The position numbers and the translations under genes were made by a program. The notes beneath the pieces were generated by a model. That model saw only the letters and a program-made list of their open reading frames with translations. It did no database searches and had not been told where the DNA came from. Positions 1 through 8,609 of a DNA stretch of 36,263 nt are shown here, in pieces. The DNA lies in assembly GCA_043818055.1 (NCBI GenBank), contig JBDRGF010000125.1, forward strand, positions 1-36,263, in the 5' to 3' direction. This DNA is from Pseudomonadota bacterium. GTDB lineage: Bacteria; UBA10199; 2-02-FULL-44-16; JBDRGF01. The stretch's first letter is position 1. Every line of letters begins with the position of its first letter.

Positions 1-363
1 TTGATCGGGCTTTCACTTGAAGTAACCTTGAAGGCGATCTGGAACTCGATCACGACCAAGAGCATCGAGCTCAAGGGAGAGGGATCTCTCGTTCTCTTTC
101 CTGTCTATGGTTTCATTGCGATATTTTATCCAATCCTCTTTCATCAGATCAAAGATCTCGAATGGTATATCCGCGGAGGAATATACGCCTTTCTGTTTTT
201 GCTGGTTGAGTTTTTGTTGTGCAAACTCTTCGATAGAGTGCATATACATGCCCTAGCCTTTGGTAAGGATTCGTTTTTCAGGCTTCCACTCTGGTTTTTC
301 ATCGGACTTGGCATAGAGCGCATCTTTCCGATGGTTTTGACTGCGTCGAGATATGGAATTTAA
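1..363 (+). CDS. 5'-truncated membrane protein, CmpB/TMEM229-like (putative ABC transporter permease family)
   Basis: Several hydrophobic helices; the pattern G-x3-E...L-K-G-x-x-S-L-x-L-F-P-V-Y-G resembles this family. The frame is open from the window edge. Confidence 0.5.
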   Translation: MIGLSLEVTLKAIWNSITTKSIELKGEGSLVLFPVYGFIAIFYPILFHQIKDLEWYIRGGIYAFLFLLVEFLLCKLFDRVHIHALAFGKDSFFRLPLWFFIGLGIERIFPMVLTASRYGI

Positions 364-454
364 AAGTGTTTGAGTGTTTAAGTGTTTGAGTGTAGAAGTT
401 ATTGAGAATTATGCTTTTACTTAAACACTTCTACACTTAAACACTTACGCACTT
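364..454. repeat. Inverted octamer tandem-repeat hairpin element (copy A1)
   Basis: Left arm aagtgttt/gagtgttt/aagtgttt/gagtgtag, 27-nt core (396-422), right arm aaacactt/ctacactt/aaacactt/acgcactt. Confidence 0.85.
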
Positions 455-459
455 ACTCA

Positions 460-1902
460 ATGAAATACAATAAACTCAACAATCTATCCAAATCGCTAGA
501 TCTCATCTCCGACACCGATGATCGAATTGAGGCTTATCGCGAAGATACTATGATGAAGGGGGCTCCCTGCATGGTCTTGCGCGCGCGTGATGAGAATGAG
601 ATCAAAGAGGTGCTGCAATATTGTGATCGCGAAAAGATCCCTGTCACATTTTGCGCGGCTCAGACCTCTATGACAGGTGCCTCCGTGGCGCTAGATGGGC
701 TTTTGGTATCTTGTGAAACGATATCGGGAGTGACGGATATCTTCAAAAGGGGCGATGAAATTGTTGTTAAAGCAAAACCCGGCACGATTGTTTCAGACCT
801 TCAAAAGATTGTTGCGAAGGAGGGATATTTTTATCCGGTAGGTACAACGTCTAAGGATGAATGCTCGATCGGAGGAAACATCAATACCAACGCGACTGGC
901 GAGGATTCCTACAAATATGGACCCGTGCGGCACTATGTGAGGGAGTTGAAGATCATCAAAGCGGATGGCTCTGAATTGGTTCTTAAACGGGAGAGCGATG
1001 AAAGACCTTCATGGGAGAGAAACCGGGCAGGATATTTTTTAAAATGGAAAAACCCCATCGACCTTTTCATAGGTTCCGAGGGCACGCTTGGATATATCTC
1101 AGAAATCGCGCTCTCTCTTCTTCCAAAGGTCCCCGATTTCTTTTCACTGCTCATACCATTCAATAGTAACAAAAGCGCCCTCGAGTTTATTGTTGATGTG
1201 ACACAAAAGAAGAAGTTGAATCCAAGGGCGCTTGAATTGGTAGATTGGGGCGCTTATCAGGTCATGATGACGAATCCGACTTTTCAGAAATTTTCGGATA
1301 AGACGAGATCACTCGTCTATCTCAAGGGTGAATATGAGAGTGAAAAGGAATTTTTACATAGCCTCGATCAATGGCTCAAGGAGATTGAAAAATTTTCCGG
1401 AAAGCGGTTAGCCAATGAAACGATGGTTGCGACGAAGGATCGTGAGAAGGAGGAATTTCGTCTCTGGCGGCATCATATCCCTGCTACAGTAAATGAGAGG
1501 GCTAGAAGGTGCTGGAATGATGGAGGGGGAAAGATCGGCAGTGACTGGTGGGTGCCGATCAATAAGATCGTCGAGATGATGGATTACTTCTACGAGGTCG
1601 CAGGTCAGACAGGACTTTACAATATGGGATATGCACATCTCGGGAATGGTCATCCGCACACAAATCTTTTGGCCAGCAACGCTTCGGAAAAAAGAATAGC
1701 CCACGACGTCCTTTTAGCCTGTTGCAAAAAGGCAGTCTCTCTCGGCGGAGGTGTCGCCGGTGAACATGGTGTGGGAAAGCTGCATCGCGACCTACTTCCT
1801 ATTCAATATTCTAGTGCTCAGATTGAAAAGATGATAGAGTGGAAAACTGTGTTTGATCCTAATTGGATTTTGGGTAGGGGAAATATTTTTGAATTATCAT
1901 GA
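460..1902 (+). CDS. FAD-binding oxidoreductase, GlcD/D-2-hydroxyacid dehydrogenase (VAO-type) family
   Basis: N-terminal FAD-binding region (SIGGNINTNA, LFIGSEGTLG); C-terminal AHLGNGHPH and GEHGVG motifs. Confidence 0.85.
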   Translation: MKYNKLNNLSKSLDLISDTDDRIEAYREDTMMKGAPCMVLRARDENEIKEVLQYCDREKIPVTFCAAQTSMTGASVALDGLLVSCETISGVTDIFKRGDEIVVKAKPGTIVSDLQKIVAKEGYFYPVGTTSKDECSIGGNINTNATGEDSYKYGPVRHYVRELKIIKADGSELVLKRESDERPSWERNRAGYFLKWKNPIDLFIGSEGTLGYISEIALSLLPKVPDFFSLLIPFNSNKSALEFIVDVTQKKKLNPRALELVDWGAYQVMMTNPTFQKFSDKTRSLVYLKGEYESEKEFLHSLDQWLKEIEKFSGKRLANETMVATKDREKEEFRLWRHHIPATVNERARRCWNDGGGKIGSDWWVPINKIVEMMDYFYEVAGQTGLYNMGYAHLGNGHPHTNLLASNASEKRIAHDVLLACCKKAVSLGGGVAGEHGVGKLHRDLLPIQYSSAQIEKMIEWKTVFDPNWILGRGNIFELS

Positions 1903-3974
1903 ATAAAAAAACATTTAAAAGATTTTTTAAACTTTTATTGTTGATCGTCATTGTATTGATGATTACATTTGGTCTGTCATTTTTTAAGTCAGTAAATGAT
2001 TTGGAAAATTACACATACGATTTAAGGCAGATCTCATTCGCCCCTGAAACTAAGATCAGCCCCGATATAGTCATGGTCTGGCTCGATGAGGCTACGATGT
2101 CGAAACTTCCCTATCGCACGCCGATACCGAGGGATTTTTTGGCCACGCTTCACGAGAAGATCTGGAGCGCCTCTCCTAAGCTCATCGCCTACGATATATT
2201 CTTCAAGGATTCATCGTTTTCGAAGGACGATGAGATGTTGGCTCAAGCCTTCGCCGGCACGAATGTCTATTCGGTGGTGCCGGTGAGGAGGGAGGGATGC
2301 GAAATATTCGACAAGTTCGGCACGACTGAACGTAAGGAGATGAAGGAAGATTTATACGGATGCGTCGATACTCCCCTACCCCTTTTTATGAATGTGCTTA
2401 AAGGTATCGGGTTAGCCGATCTTCCGTTCAACGCATTTGATCAGGTGGTTCGCAAGGCGACATTCGAGTTTAATACGGACAGAGGAAGAACGCTCTCACT
2501 TGCCGCCCTTCTCTTCGAGAGCTTGACCAACAAAAAGGTTAATGATGTCGTTCCCGTCAGGGCTTTTGATAAGCATCATAGGGTCTTCATCCGATTTGCG
2601 GGTCCACCGACAGTTGTTGGCGAAAAGGGTTCTCCTTTTAAGGTCTTTTCGGCTGCTCTCGTCGCGAAGGGGCTTATCCCTCAGGGGTGGCTCAAGGACA
2701 AGATCGTCCTTGTCGGAGCTTCATACTCAGATTTGAAGGATGCATTTTTAACACCCTATTACAGCTCTACTCATAAATTTGCCAAGATGAATGGTGTTGA
2801 GATTCACGCTAATATCCTCAACGATCTTTTGAATGGTCAGTTTTACGACCTCATCTCTCCTGTCATAGAGTATGCGTTCATCATACTGATAGTCATCCTA
2901 CTGGGAGTTGCTTCGCTATTTATATCTCCTTGGAAGACGACCTTCACGACTCTTTTTGTTGCGATTGGAATATTTGCGATAGCTATTTTTGCGATTAATA
3001 AATTTGCAATTATCACACCTGTCATCACGCCCGTCATAGCTGCAATGCTTGCGGCGGGGTTGGGGATGGTGTTGAGGGCGCTTACTGAAGGTCGTGAGAA
3101 GCGCTTTATAAAGGGTGTGTTTTCCCGCTATGTTCCTCCGGCCGTTGTCGATAGGATGGTTGGAAATCCAGCACTGCTGACACTTGGCGGTGAACAACGG
3201 ATGGTGTCGAGCCTCTTTTCTGATATCGCATCTTTTACTTCGATATCGGAAAAATTCGAACCGAAGATTTTGGTTCAATTTCTCAATGAATATCTAGGCC
3301 TGATGAACGAGGTACTTTTCAAATATGGAGCGACGCTCGACAAATATGAGGGAGATGCGATTATCGCCTTCTTCAATGCCCCGCTCGATCTTGAACATCA
3401 CGAGAAAAAATCGACGATGTGCGCGCTTGAGATGCAAAAGGCGAGTCTCAAAATCTCAGAAATTTGGAAAGAGAGAGCCGGGCGAGAAATCCGTACGAGA
3501 ATTGGCGTCAACACCGGGCCCGCGGTTGTGGGGAATATGGGATCACAAGGGAGATTCGATTATACGGCGATCGGCGATACTATCAATCTTGCAAGTCGCC
3601 TCGAGGGGATCAATAAATTTTATTCTACCTATCTTATGATCTCTGAGGTGACAGCTAAAGCTCTTGATGATTCTATAGTTGTGAGGCCGGTTGACAGGGT
3701 CAGGGTTAAGGGCAAAAAAGAGCCGATACTCATCTTCGAGGCATTGGGGGAAGCGAATGAAATACCATCTGAAATTAAAGATGCCCTGCTTCCAAATTAC
3801 ATGAAGGCGTTCGAGGGATTTGAGAAGAGAAAATTTCGCGAGACGATCGATATTCTTGTTGATCTAATCAAAAAATTTCCGGATGATGGTCCATCTCTCT
3901 CCTTGATCGAGAGATGTAAACGAGGACTCGAAGCACCGGATATGGAATTGGTTACGAATATGGAATCTAAATAG
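1899..3974 (+). CDS. CHASE2-domain membrane-bound class III adenylate cyclase
   Basis: N-terminal TM, CHASE2 motifs (IAYDIFF, KDKIVLVG, GVEIHAN), three TM helices, then catalytic motifs FSDIASFT, DKYEGDA and DYTAIGDTINLASRLE. The Lys/Thr specificity residues indicate ATP. ATGA overlap with the upstream gene. Confidence 0.92.
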   Translation: MNKKTFKRFFKLLLLIVIVLMITFGLSFFKSVNDLENYTYDLRQISFAPETKISPDIVMVWLDEATMSKLPYRTPIPRDFLATLHEKIWSASPKLIAYDIFFKDSSFSKDDEMLAQAFAGTNVYSVVPVRREGCEIFDKFGTTERKEMKEDLYGCVDTPLPLFMNVLKGIGLADLPFNAFDQVVRKATFEFNTDRGRTLSLAALLFESLTNKKVNDVVPVRAFDKHHRVFIRFAGPPTVVGEKGSPFKVFSAALVAKGLIPQGWLKDKIVLVGASYSDLKDAFLTPYYSSTHKFAKMNGVEIHANILNDLLNGQFYDLISPVIEYAFIILIVILLGVASLFISPWKTTFTTLFVAIGIFAIAIFAINKFAIITPVITPVIAAMLAAGLGMVLRALTEGREKRFIKGVFSRYVPPAVVDRMVGNPALLTLGGEQRMVSSLFSDIASFTSISEKFEPKILVQFLNEYLGLMNEVLFKYGATLDKYEGDAIIAFFNAPLDLEHHEKKSTMCALEMQKASLKISEIWKERAGREIRTRIGVNTGPAVVGNMGSQGRFDYTAIGDTINLASRLEGINKFYSTYLMISEVTAKALDDSIVVRPVDRVRVKGKKEPILIFEALGEANEIPSEIKDALLPNYMKAFEGFEKRKFRETIDILVDLIKKFPDDGPSLSLIERCKRGLEAPDMELVTNMESK

Positions 3975-3992
3975 CTAATATATGGAGGTGTT

Positions 3993-5021
3993 ATGTTTAG
4001 ACATTTTATCTTTTTAGTATCATTGCTTTTTTTACTGCCAAGTCTTGCCTTTTCCAGTGCAGTGTTGCTTGAGACCACAGGAAAGGTTGATCTCAAGCCG
4101 GGAGGAAAAGGATCAGCTAAACCTGAGTTGGGTATGGAGCTGACTGACGGCACGCTCATCACTACAGCTGCCGGAGCAACCGCAACGGTGATGCTGATGT
4201 CGAGCGAGATCGACAAGATCGCATCGCAGTCGACTTACACCGTCGGTGCCCCATCCGCGCCTGAAGTTAAAAAGAGCATCATCTCCGGCATTGCCCTTGC
4301 GTTGAATGAAGCCACCTCTGATTCGGAGGCGGCTGTCGCACATGGAATGGTTAAGATGGGGAGAGTCGGGCCCGGTGCGCCGGAGGTCAGTCCGCTGGCC
4401 TTTGGTGGAATTGGTGTGACTACGTATTTTCCAAGATACACGGCCATCGGATATTCCCCCACTATCGTATTCAGGTGGAATCACAAAGGTCTCAACTGGA
4501 CGAATCCGGTGCTAGTGATACAGGATGCGAATAAGAAGATGCTCAAAGTTGTTCAATTGAAAAGAGGTCTCGGAGAGATTTCAGTCTCTAGCGCTTTAGT
4601 GAAATGGACAAAGGGTGCGAGTTACGGCTGGTATCTCGGCGAGAAGACAGCAGATGATGTAAAGGGGATGACAACTATTGCAACATTCAGGATCCTTTCA
4701 GATGAAGAACAGAAGGCCCTTTATGAGGACAAAAGAAAGGTTGTCGCCCTTGGACTTAAAAACGCAGCGTCGCGTGCCTATATCCTTGGACAGCTCTATT
4801 ATAAATATGGATTATATAATGATATGATCGTAAGTCTAAGGCCGCTGTGGGAAGATAAAGAGAGATCAACGACGTTAAAAAATCTACTCTATATCGGATA
4901 TAAGATAATGGGTATGAATGATGAGGCTATTAAATTTGCTACTGTAAAAAAAGATGAAAAACCGAAGTCAAAATCGAAAGTAGCCCCCATGACGCCGATC
5001 AAGTTGAAGAAGAAGAAATAA
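3993..5021 (+). CDS. Secreted protein with FecR-like N-terminal beta domain and DUF928-like C-terminal region; probable partner of the CHASE2 cyclase
   Basis: Signal peptide (MFRHFIFLVSLLFLLPSLAFS); FecR-like G-M-E-L-x-D-G-x-x-I-x-T pattern; P-T-I-V-F-R-W, G-x-x-Y-x-W and F-R-I-L motifs followed by a helical region; GGAGG RBS. Confidence 0.55.
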   Translation: MFRHFIFLVSLLFLLPSLAFSSAVLLETTGKVDLKPGGKGSAKPELGMELTDGTLITTAAGATATVMLMSSEIDKIASQSTYTVGAPSAPEVKKSIISGIALALNEATSDSEAAVAHGMVKMGRVGPGAPEVSPLAFGGIGVTTYFPRYTAIGYSPTIVFRWNHKGLNWTNPVLVIQDANKKMLKVVQLKRGLGEISVSSALVKWTKGASYGWYLGEKTADDVKGMTTIATFRILSDEEQKALYEDKRKVVALGLKNAASRAYILGQLYYKYGLYNDMIVSLRPLWEDKERSTTLKNLLYIGYKIMGMNDEAIKFATVKKDEKPKSKSKVAPMTPIKLKKKK

Positions 5022-5032
5022 AAACAAAAAGC

Positions 5033-5075
5033 GCATGTGGCATGTAGCATGTGGTATGTAGGCAAAGGCTTGTTT
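5033..5075. repeat. Heptamer tandem repeat GCATGT(G/A) x4 with aaaggcttgttt tail, related to 8477-8503 and (reverse) 7743-7770
   Basis: gcatgtg gcatgta gcatgtg gtatgta ggcaaaggcttgttt, between convergent genes. Confidence 0.7.
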
Positions 5076-5085
5076 GACAGGGTTT

Positions 5086-6585
5086 TCACTTTATTCCAAA
5101 AAAGTTCTTTATCCTTCCTAATATCTGAGAGGTGTTTTTATCGATCGCCTTTAGGCTTGATTTGCTTTTGTCGATCTCGCCTTGTCTTTTCGCGAGCACT
5201 TCGGCAAGATTTTCTGAGATTTTAGGGTCGGCTTGAATTATTTTAGAGAAGGACTCTTTATCGATTTTAAATAATAACGAATCTCTATTTGCTGTTACAT
5301 TTGCGCTTCTGGGCTCTCCGGTTAATAGGCTCATCTCGCCGAAGAAATCGTTGTCAGTGAGTACAGCCAATACATTTCCCTCTTGCGGTCTACTGCCGAG
5401 AGCCACGCTTAATTCGCCATGTTTGATTATGTACATCGACTTTCCCGGATCCCCTTGTCTTACAACCGCCTCACCCTTTCCATATTCATGAGTCTTCACA
5501 TCATGCGCAAGCTGAGTTATCTCCTCTTCATTTAAAGCTTCGAATAGAGATAATTTTTTGAGTATGCTGAGGACATTTTCGCGTTTCTTTTTTTCACCCG
5601 CTTTCAATGCCCGCTCTTCAATGTGGTGATGTTGTATAGTTCTGATCGGGAAAGGAATATGTATTTGATTTCTCTTTAAGACATACCAGAGTTTTGTTTT
5701 AATATCTGAGAGAATCTTTGGTTCAATATCGTAATCTCTGTGGTAAAAGCGCACTTCATAATTTATTGCAAAGTCGCCATATTGAACAAGAAAAACCTCC
5801 GGTTCAGGTTGATTGATTACATCGGGATGTTGTTTTAGAAAATCTACAATCGTGTTCTTCAGTCTGTTGGGCTCGGTGTCATATGTTACGCCAATTTCGA
5901 ATTTAGCCCGATGCCGTCTGGTTGGTTTTGTATAGTTGGTGATTACGCTGCTCGTGATTTCCTGATTTGGTATGCAGATTATTTCGTCGCTTCGGGTTTT
6001 TAACCTTGTAAGTTTCCAGGTTATTCCTATCACCTCCCCGATATGATCTCCAACCTTAATCCAGTCTCCGATCTGGTATGGCCTGTCCATCTGTAGCGTC
6101 AAACCGGCAAAGAGGTTGCCTATGGTCTTTTGCGCTCCAAAACCGATCGCTGCGGTCAGGACTGCAGATGTTGTGATAAGACCCGCCAGGTTTATCTTAC
6201 CCTGAGTTCTTAGTAGAACGAGTATGATGATTGCGTATATTACGATGAGAATGAAGTCCCTCGTTATCTTGGGAAGTGTCTTATTTTTCCACCATAACAT
6301 TATTTTTTCTATGAACAGAAAAAATAGTAGTCGCACTACTCCACAATAGAGCGCGGCTACCGAAGAGAGATATATCCATTTATACCAGGTTGCGAGATCG
6401 AAAAGATTCAGGTAGTTGCTTGCGATTCTCAAAAGAAGATACAATATGATCAATCCGAACGGTATGACTGGAATCCTTTTTATTTTACGTGCGATCGTGT
6501 TGTATCCGAGCAGTAAAATTATCAGTCCGATTCCCAAGATTGTGTGAGATGCGTAAGCGTGTATTGAGGTTAAAATATTTTCCAT
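5086..6585 (-). CDS. MscS-family channel with C-terminal cyclic-nucleotide-binding domain (bCNG-like)
   Basis: TM region, MscS signature (IGFGAQKTIGNLFAG...PYQIGDWI...IPN, IPFP) and cNMP phosphate-binding cassette FFGEMSLLTGEPRSANV. Confidence 0.92.
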   Translation of the reverse strand: MENILTSIHAYASHTILGIGLIILLLGYNTIARKIKRIPVIPFGLIILYLLLRIASNYLNLFDLATWYKWIYLSSVAALYCGVVRLLFFLFIEKIMLWWKNKTLPKITRDFILIVIYAIIILVLLRTQGKINLAGLITTSAVLTAAIGFGAQKTIGNLFAGLTLQMDRPYQIGDWIKVGDHIGEVIGITWKLTRLKTRSDEIICIPNQEITSSVITNYTKPTRRHRAKFEIGVTYDTEPNRLKNTIVDFLKQHPDVINQPEPEVFLVQYGDFAINYEVRFYHRDYDIEPKILSDIKTKLWYVLKRNQIHIPFPIRTIQHHHIEERALKAGEKKKRENVLSILKKLSLFEALNEEEITQLAHDVKTHEYGKGEAVVRQGDPGKSMYIIKHGELSVALGSRPQEGNVLAVLTDNDFFGEMSLLTGEPRSANVTANRDSLLFKIDKESFSKIIQADPKISENLAEVLAKRQGEIDKSKSSLKAIDKNTSQILGRIKNFFGIK

Positions 6586-6636
6586 ATTGTGATAATAGTT
6601 TGCATGGAGTCGATTTACAACATATAAATAGTGTTC

Positions 6637-6691
6637 AGCTATAAGCTATAAGTTGTAAGCTTTAAGTAAAAACGGAATAACGCTTACGACC
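6637..6691. repeat. Heptamer tandem repeat (AGCTATA-like) with a degenerate inverted arm
   Basis: agctata agctata agttgta agcttta agtaaaa ... taacgct tacgacc, in the divergent intergenic region. Confidence 0.55.
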
Positions 6692-6711
6692 CTATTAATT
6701 TTGAGGTTTAT

Positions 6712-7566
6712 ATGCGCAGCGATTCTGATAGTGCTTCAATTTCTTTTTATGGTGTTCGTGGTTCTGTGCCAACACCCGGAAAGGCTACAATGGGCATTGG
6801 GGGCAATACACCATGCCTTCTTATTGAATGCGATGATCAGCTAATCATCTGTGATTGCGGTACTGGCATGAGAGTTTTGGGAGATCAGCTGTTGAATAAA
6901 TATCATGATGGTTTGAAAGCTACGATAATGCCCTCCCATCTGCATCTTGATCATCTCACTGGGCTTCCATTTTTTAATCCTATTTATTCCAAAAAAAATT
7001 CTTTTACATTCATCGGTGGTTTTAATGATGGGCAGCTAGAGAAAGTCTTGCAGGATTTAATGAAGGCTCCCCTCTTCCCCGTTTCTTTTATCAAACTGGA
7101 TTCGAAGCTAAATTTTATCTCACCTCCAAAGGCTACTTTTAATATAGGTTCGATTAATATAATTCCTTATCTGTGTAATCACCCCGGCGGTTCGTGGGGA
7201 TGGCGCTTTAATTTTTCCAATGGAAAGAGCCTGGTTCATGTGACCGATAATGAACCGAAGGATCAGGAAACAGCTGAAAAGATGATAGCGTGGATGAAGG
7301 GGGCTGATATTCTGATTCATGATGCTCAATATACACCGAAGGAATATGAGGGATTGAGGCGTGGCTGGGGACATTCCCCCTATACATATCCAATTGAACT
7401 TGCTGCCAAAGCGGGCATTCCAAGTCTTTATTTGTTCCATCACTCCCCTGATTATGATGATAAAAAATTAAAAGGGATTTTAAAAGATGCAAAGGCTTTT
7501 GCTAAGAAAAATCATTTTAATGTAAAACTTTTGCTTTCGTACGAGGGCTTAAATGTAGTTTTATAG
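6712..7566 (+). CDS. MBL-fold metallo-hydrolase (RNase Z/PhnP-like; candidate phosphodiesterase)
   Basis: GVRGS...GGNTPC, DCGTG, SHLHLDH (HxHxDH), HPGG, TDNE, GHS and FHH motifs. Confidence 0.88.
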   Translation: MRSDSDSASISFYGVRGSVPTPGKATMGIGGNTPCLLIECDDQLIICDCGTGMRVLGDQLLNKYHDGLKATIMPSHLHLDHLTGLPFFNPIYSKKNSFTFIGGFNDGQLEKVLQDLMKAPLFPVSFIKLDSKLNFISPPKATFNIGSINIIPYLCNHPGGSWGWRFNFSNGKSLVHVTDNEPKDQETAEKMIAWMKGADILIHDAQYTPKEYEGLRRGWGHSPYTYPIELAAKAGIPSLYLFHHSPDYDDKKLKGILKDAKAFAKKNHFNVKLLLSYEGLNVVL

Positions 7567-7750
7567 ATGTTTTGCAAGAATCTTTCTTATAATCCCCTCT
7601 ATTGAATTTTTTCAAATCACCCTACCCCACTGTGAATGTTTTTCCCCATCTATTCGTTACAAGTCAAATTTTAAAACACGCCAAAAATATCAATAAAATC
7701 AAGTAGTTATATGAGCGCATATAATCAGCAGTTCTCGAAATAGGCTTTCT

Positions 7751-7803
7751 ACATGCTCGGAACTACATGCTGATTTTAAAATGTTTCACGTGAAACATTT
7801 TTT
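7751..7803. repeat. Left arm of the 53-bp inverted repeat flanking rsmG
   Basis: Its reverse complement matches 8430-8482 at 51/53 positions. Confidence 0.92.
7782..7797. promoter_or_regulatory. parS site (ParB-binding centromere)
   Basis: Perfect TGTTTCACGTGAAACA palindrome, the canonical parS consensus; contains the rsmG stop codon. Confidence 0.95.
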
Positions 7804-8376
7804 AAATTTCAATAACACCCTTCCCTCTCCTCCGGCCAGATTATAATGATGTTCTTCAATCAGTCTTATTAATAAGCTATTCATAACATCCTGAGCTTCG
7901 TTTATTTCCTCTTTCCACTTTGGTCCCTTCATTGCGATGATTTCTATTCCATCACCAAAAAGAGCTGTCTTTGATAAGAAATCTTTTAAAGACCATGTAG
8001 CCCTGCTGACAATGAGGTCAAATCGCCCCAGCGTTGAAATGAGGTCTTTGTCCTCCACCCTTCCCTGTACTGCTGTAATATTTGAAAGCCCAAGTTCGGC
8101 AATTACATGGTGACAAAAGTTCACCTTTTTTCTTTTGCTGTCCAACAATACTATTTCTAACTCCGGGCGTTCAAATTTTACTATTAAACCGGGGAGTCCA
8201 GCCCCCGTTCCAAAGTCGATGACGCGTTTTATGTTTGGGCTAATCAGTTTTGTGATCTCCTGGCAGTCTTTGATATGTTTTTCTATAATCTCATCGTGAT
8301 CCAGTGTGCCGATCAAATCCAACGAGCTTCCCCATTTTTGAAGCAGCTCAATATATCTATTATATAGTTTATTCAT
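7786..8376 (-). CDS. rsmG: 16S rRNA m7G527 methyltransferase RsmG (GidB)
   Basis: LLQKW...L, HIKDC, SAM-binding DFGTGAGLPG, LLDSKRKK, SRA and MKG motifs; adjacent to parAB. Confidence 0.93.
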   Translation of the reverse strand: MNKLYNRYIELLQKWGSSLDLIGTLDHDEIIEKHIKDCQEITKLISPNIKRVIDFGTGAGLPGLIVKFERPELEIVLLDSKRKKVNFCHHVIAELGLSNITAVQGRVEDKDLISTLGRFDLIVSRATWSLKDFLSKTALFGDGIEIIAMKGPKWKEEINEAQDVMNSLLIRLIEEHHYNLAGGEGRVLLKFKKCFT

Positions 8377-8385
8377 AGTTCGATC

Positions 8386-8414
8386 AGTTTATATATATAA
8401 TGAAGTAAGTGCAA
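8386..8414 (-). promoter_or_regulatory. Candidate sigma70 promoter for rsmG
   Basis: Minus strand TTGCAC-17 nt-TAAACT, ending 9 nt before the ATG; no Shine-Dalgarno. Confidence 0.5.
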
Positions 8415-8429
8415 TAATGATGTTGCATG

Positions 8430-8482
8430 AAAAAATGTTTCACGTGAAACATTTTAAAACCAGTATGTAGTTCCGAGCATGT
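8430..8482. repeat. Right arm of the 53-bp inverted repeat flanking rsmG
   Basis: aaaaaatgtttcacgtgaaacattttaaaaccagtatgtagttccgagcatgt, 2 mismatches to the left arm. Confidence 0.92.
8436..8451. promoter_or_regulatory. parS site
   Basis: Perfect TGTTTCACGTGAAACA, about 160 nt upstream of parA. Confidence 0.95.
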
Positions 8483-8609
8483 GGCATGTGGAAAGGCTTG
8501 TTTAATGGAGTTTTTACCACATACGCTTTTGTTTTGTTATTTCTCTTGCAAATTGACAGGAATAAATTTATGTATGGCCATATTAATTTTTTGATCGATG
8601 GGGTGATAA

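Noticed and set aside
364..454. CRISPR array interpretation of this and the other tandem repeats
   Set aside because: Units are 7-8 nt, contiguous and inverted, with no unique spacers; no cas genes are present.
7567..8609. oriC near parS/rsmG
   Set aside because: Only weak DnaA-box-like 9-mers are present, with no cluster of TTATCCACA matches and no dnaA in the window. parS suggests the origin is near but does not locate it.
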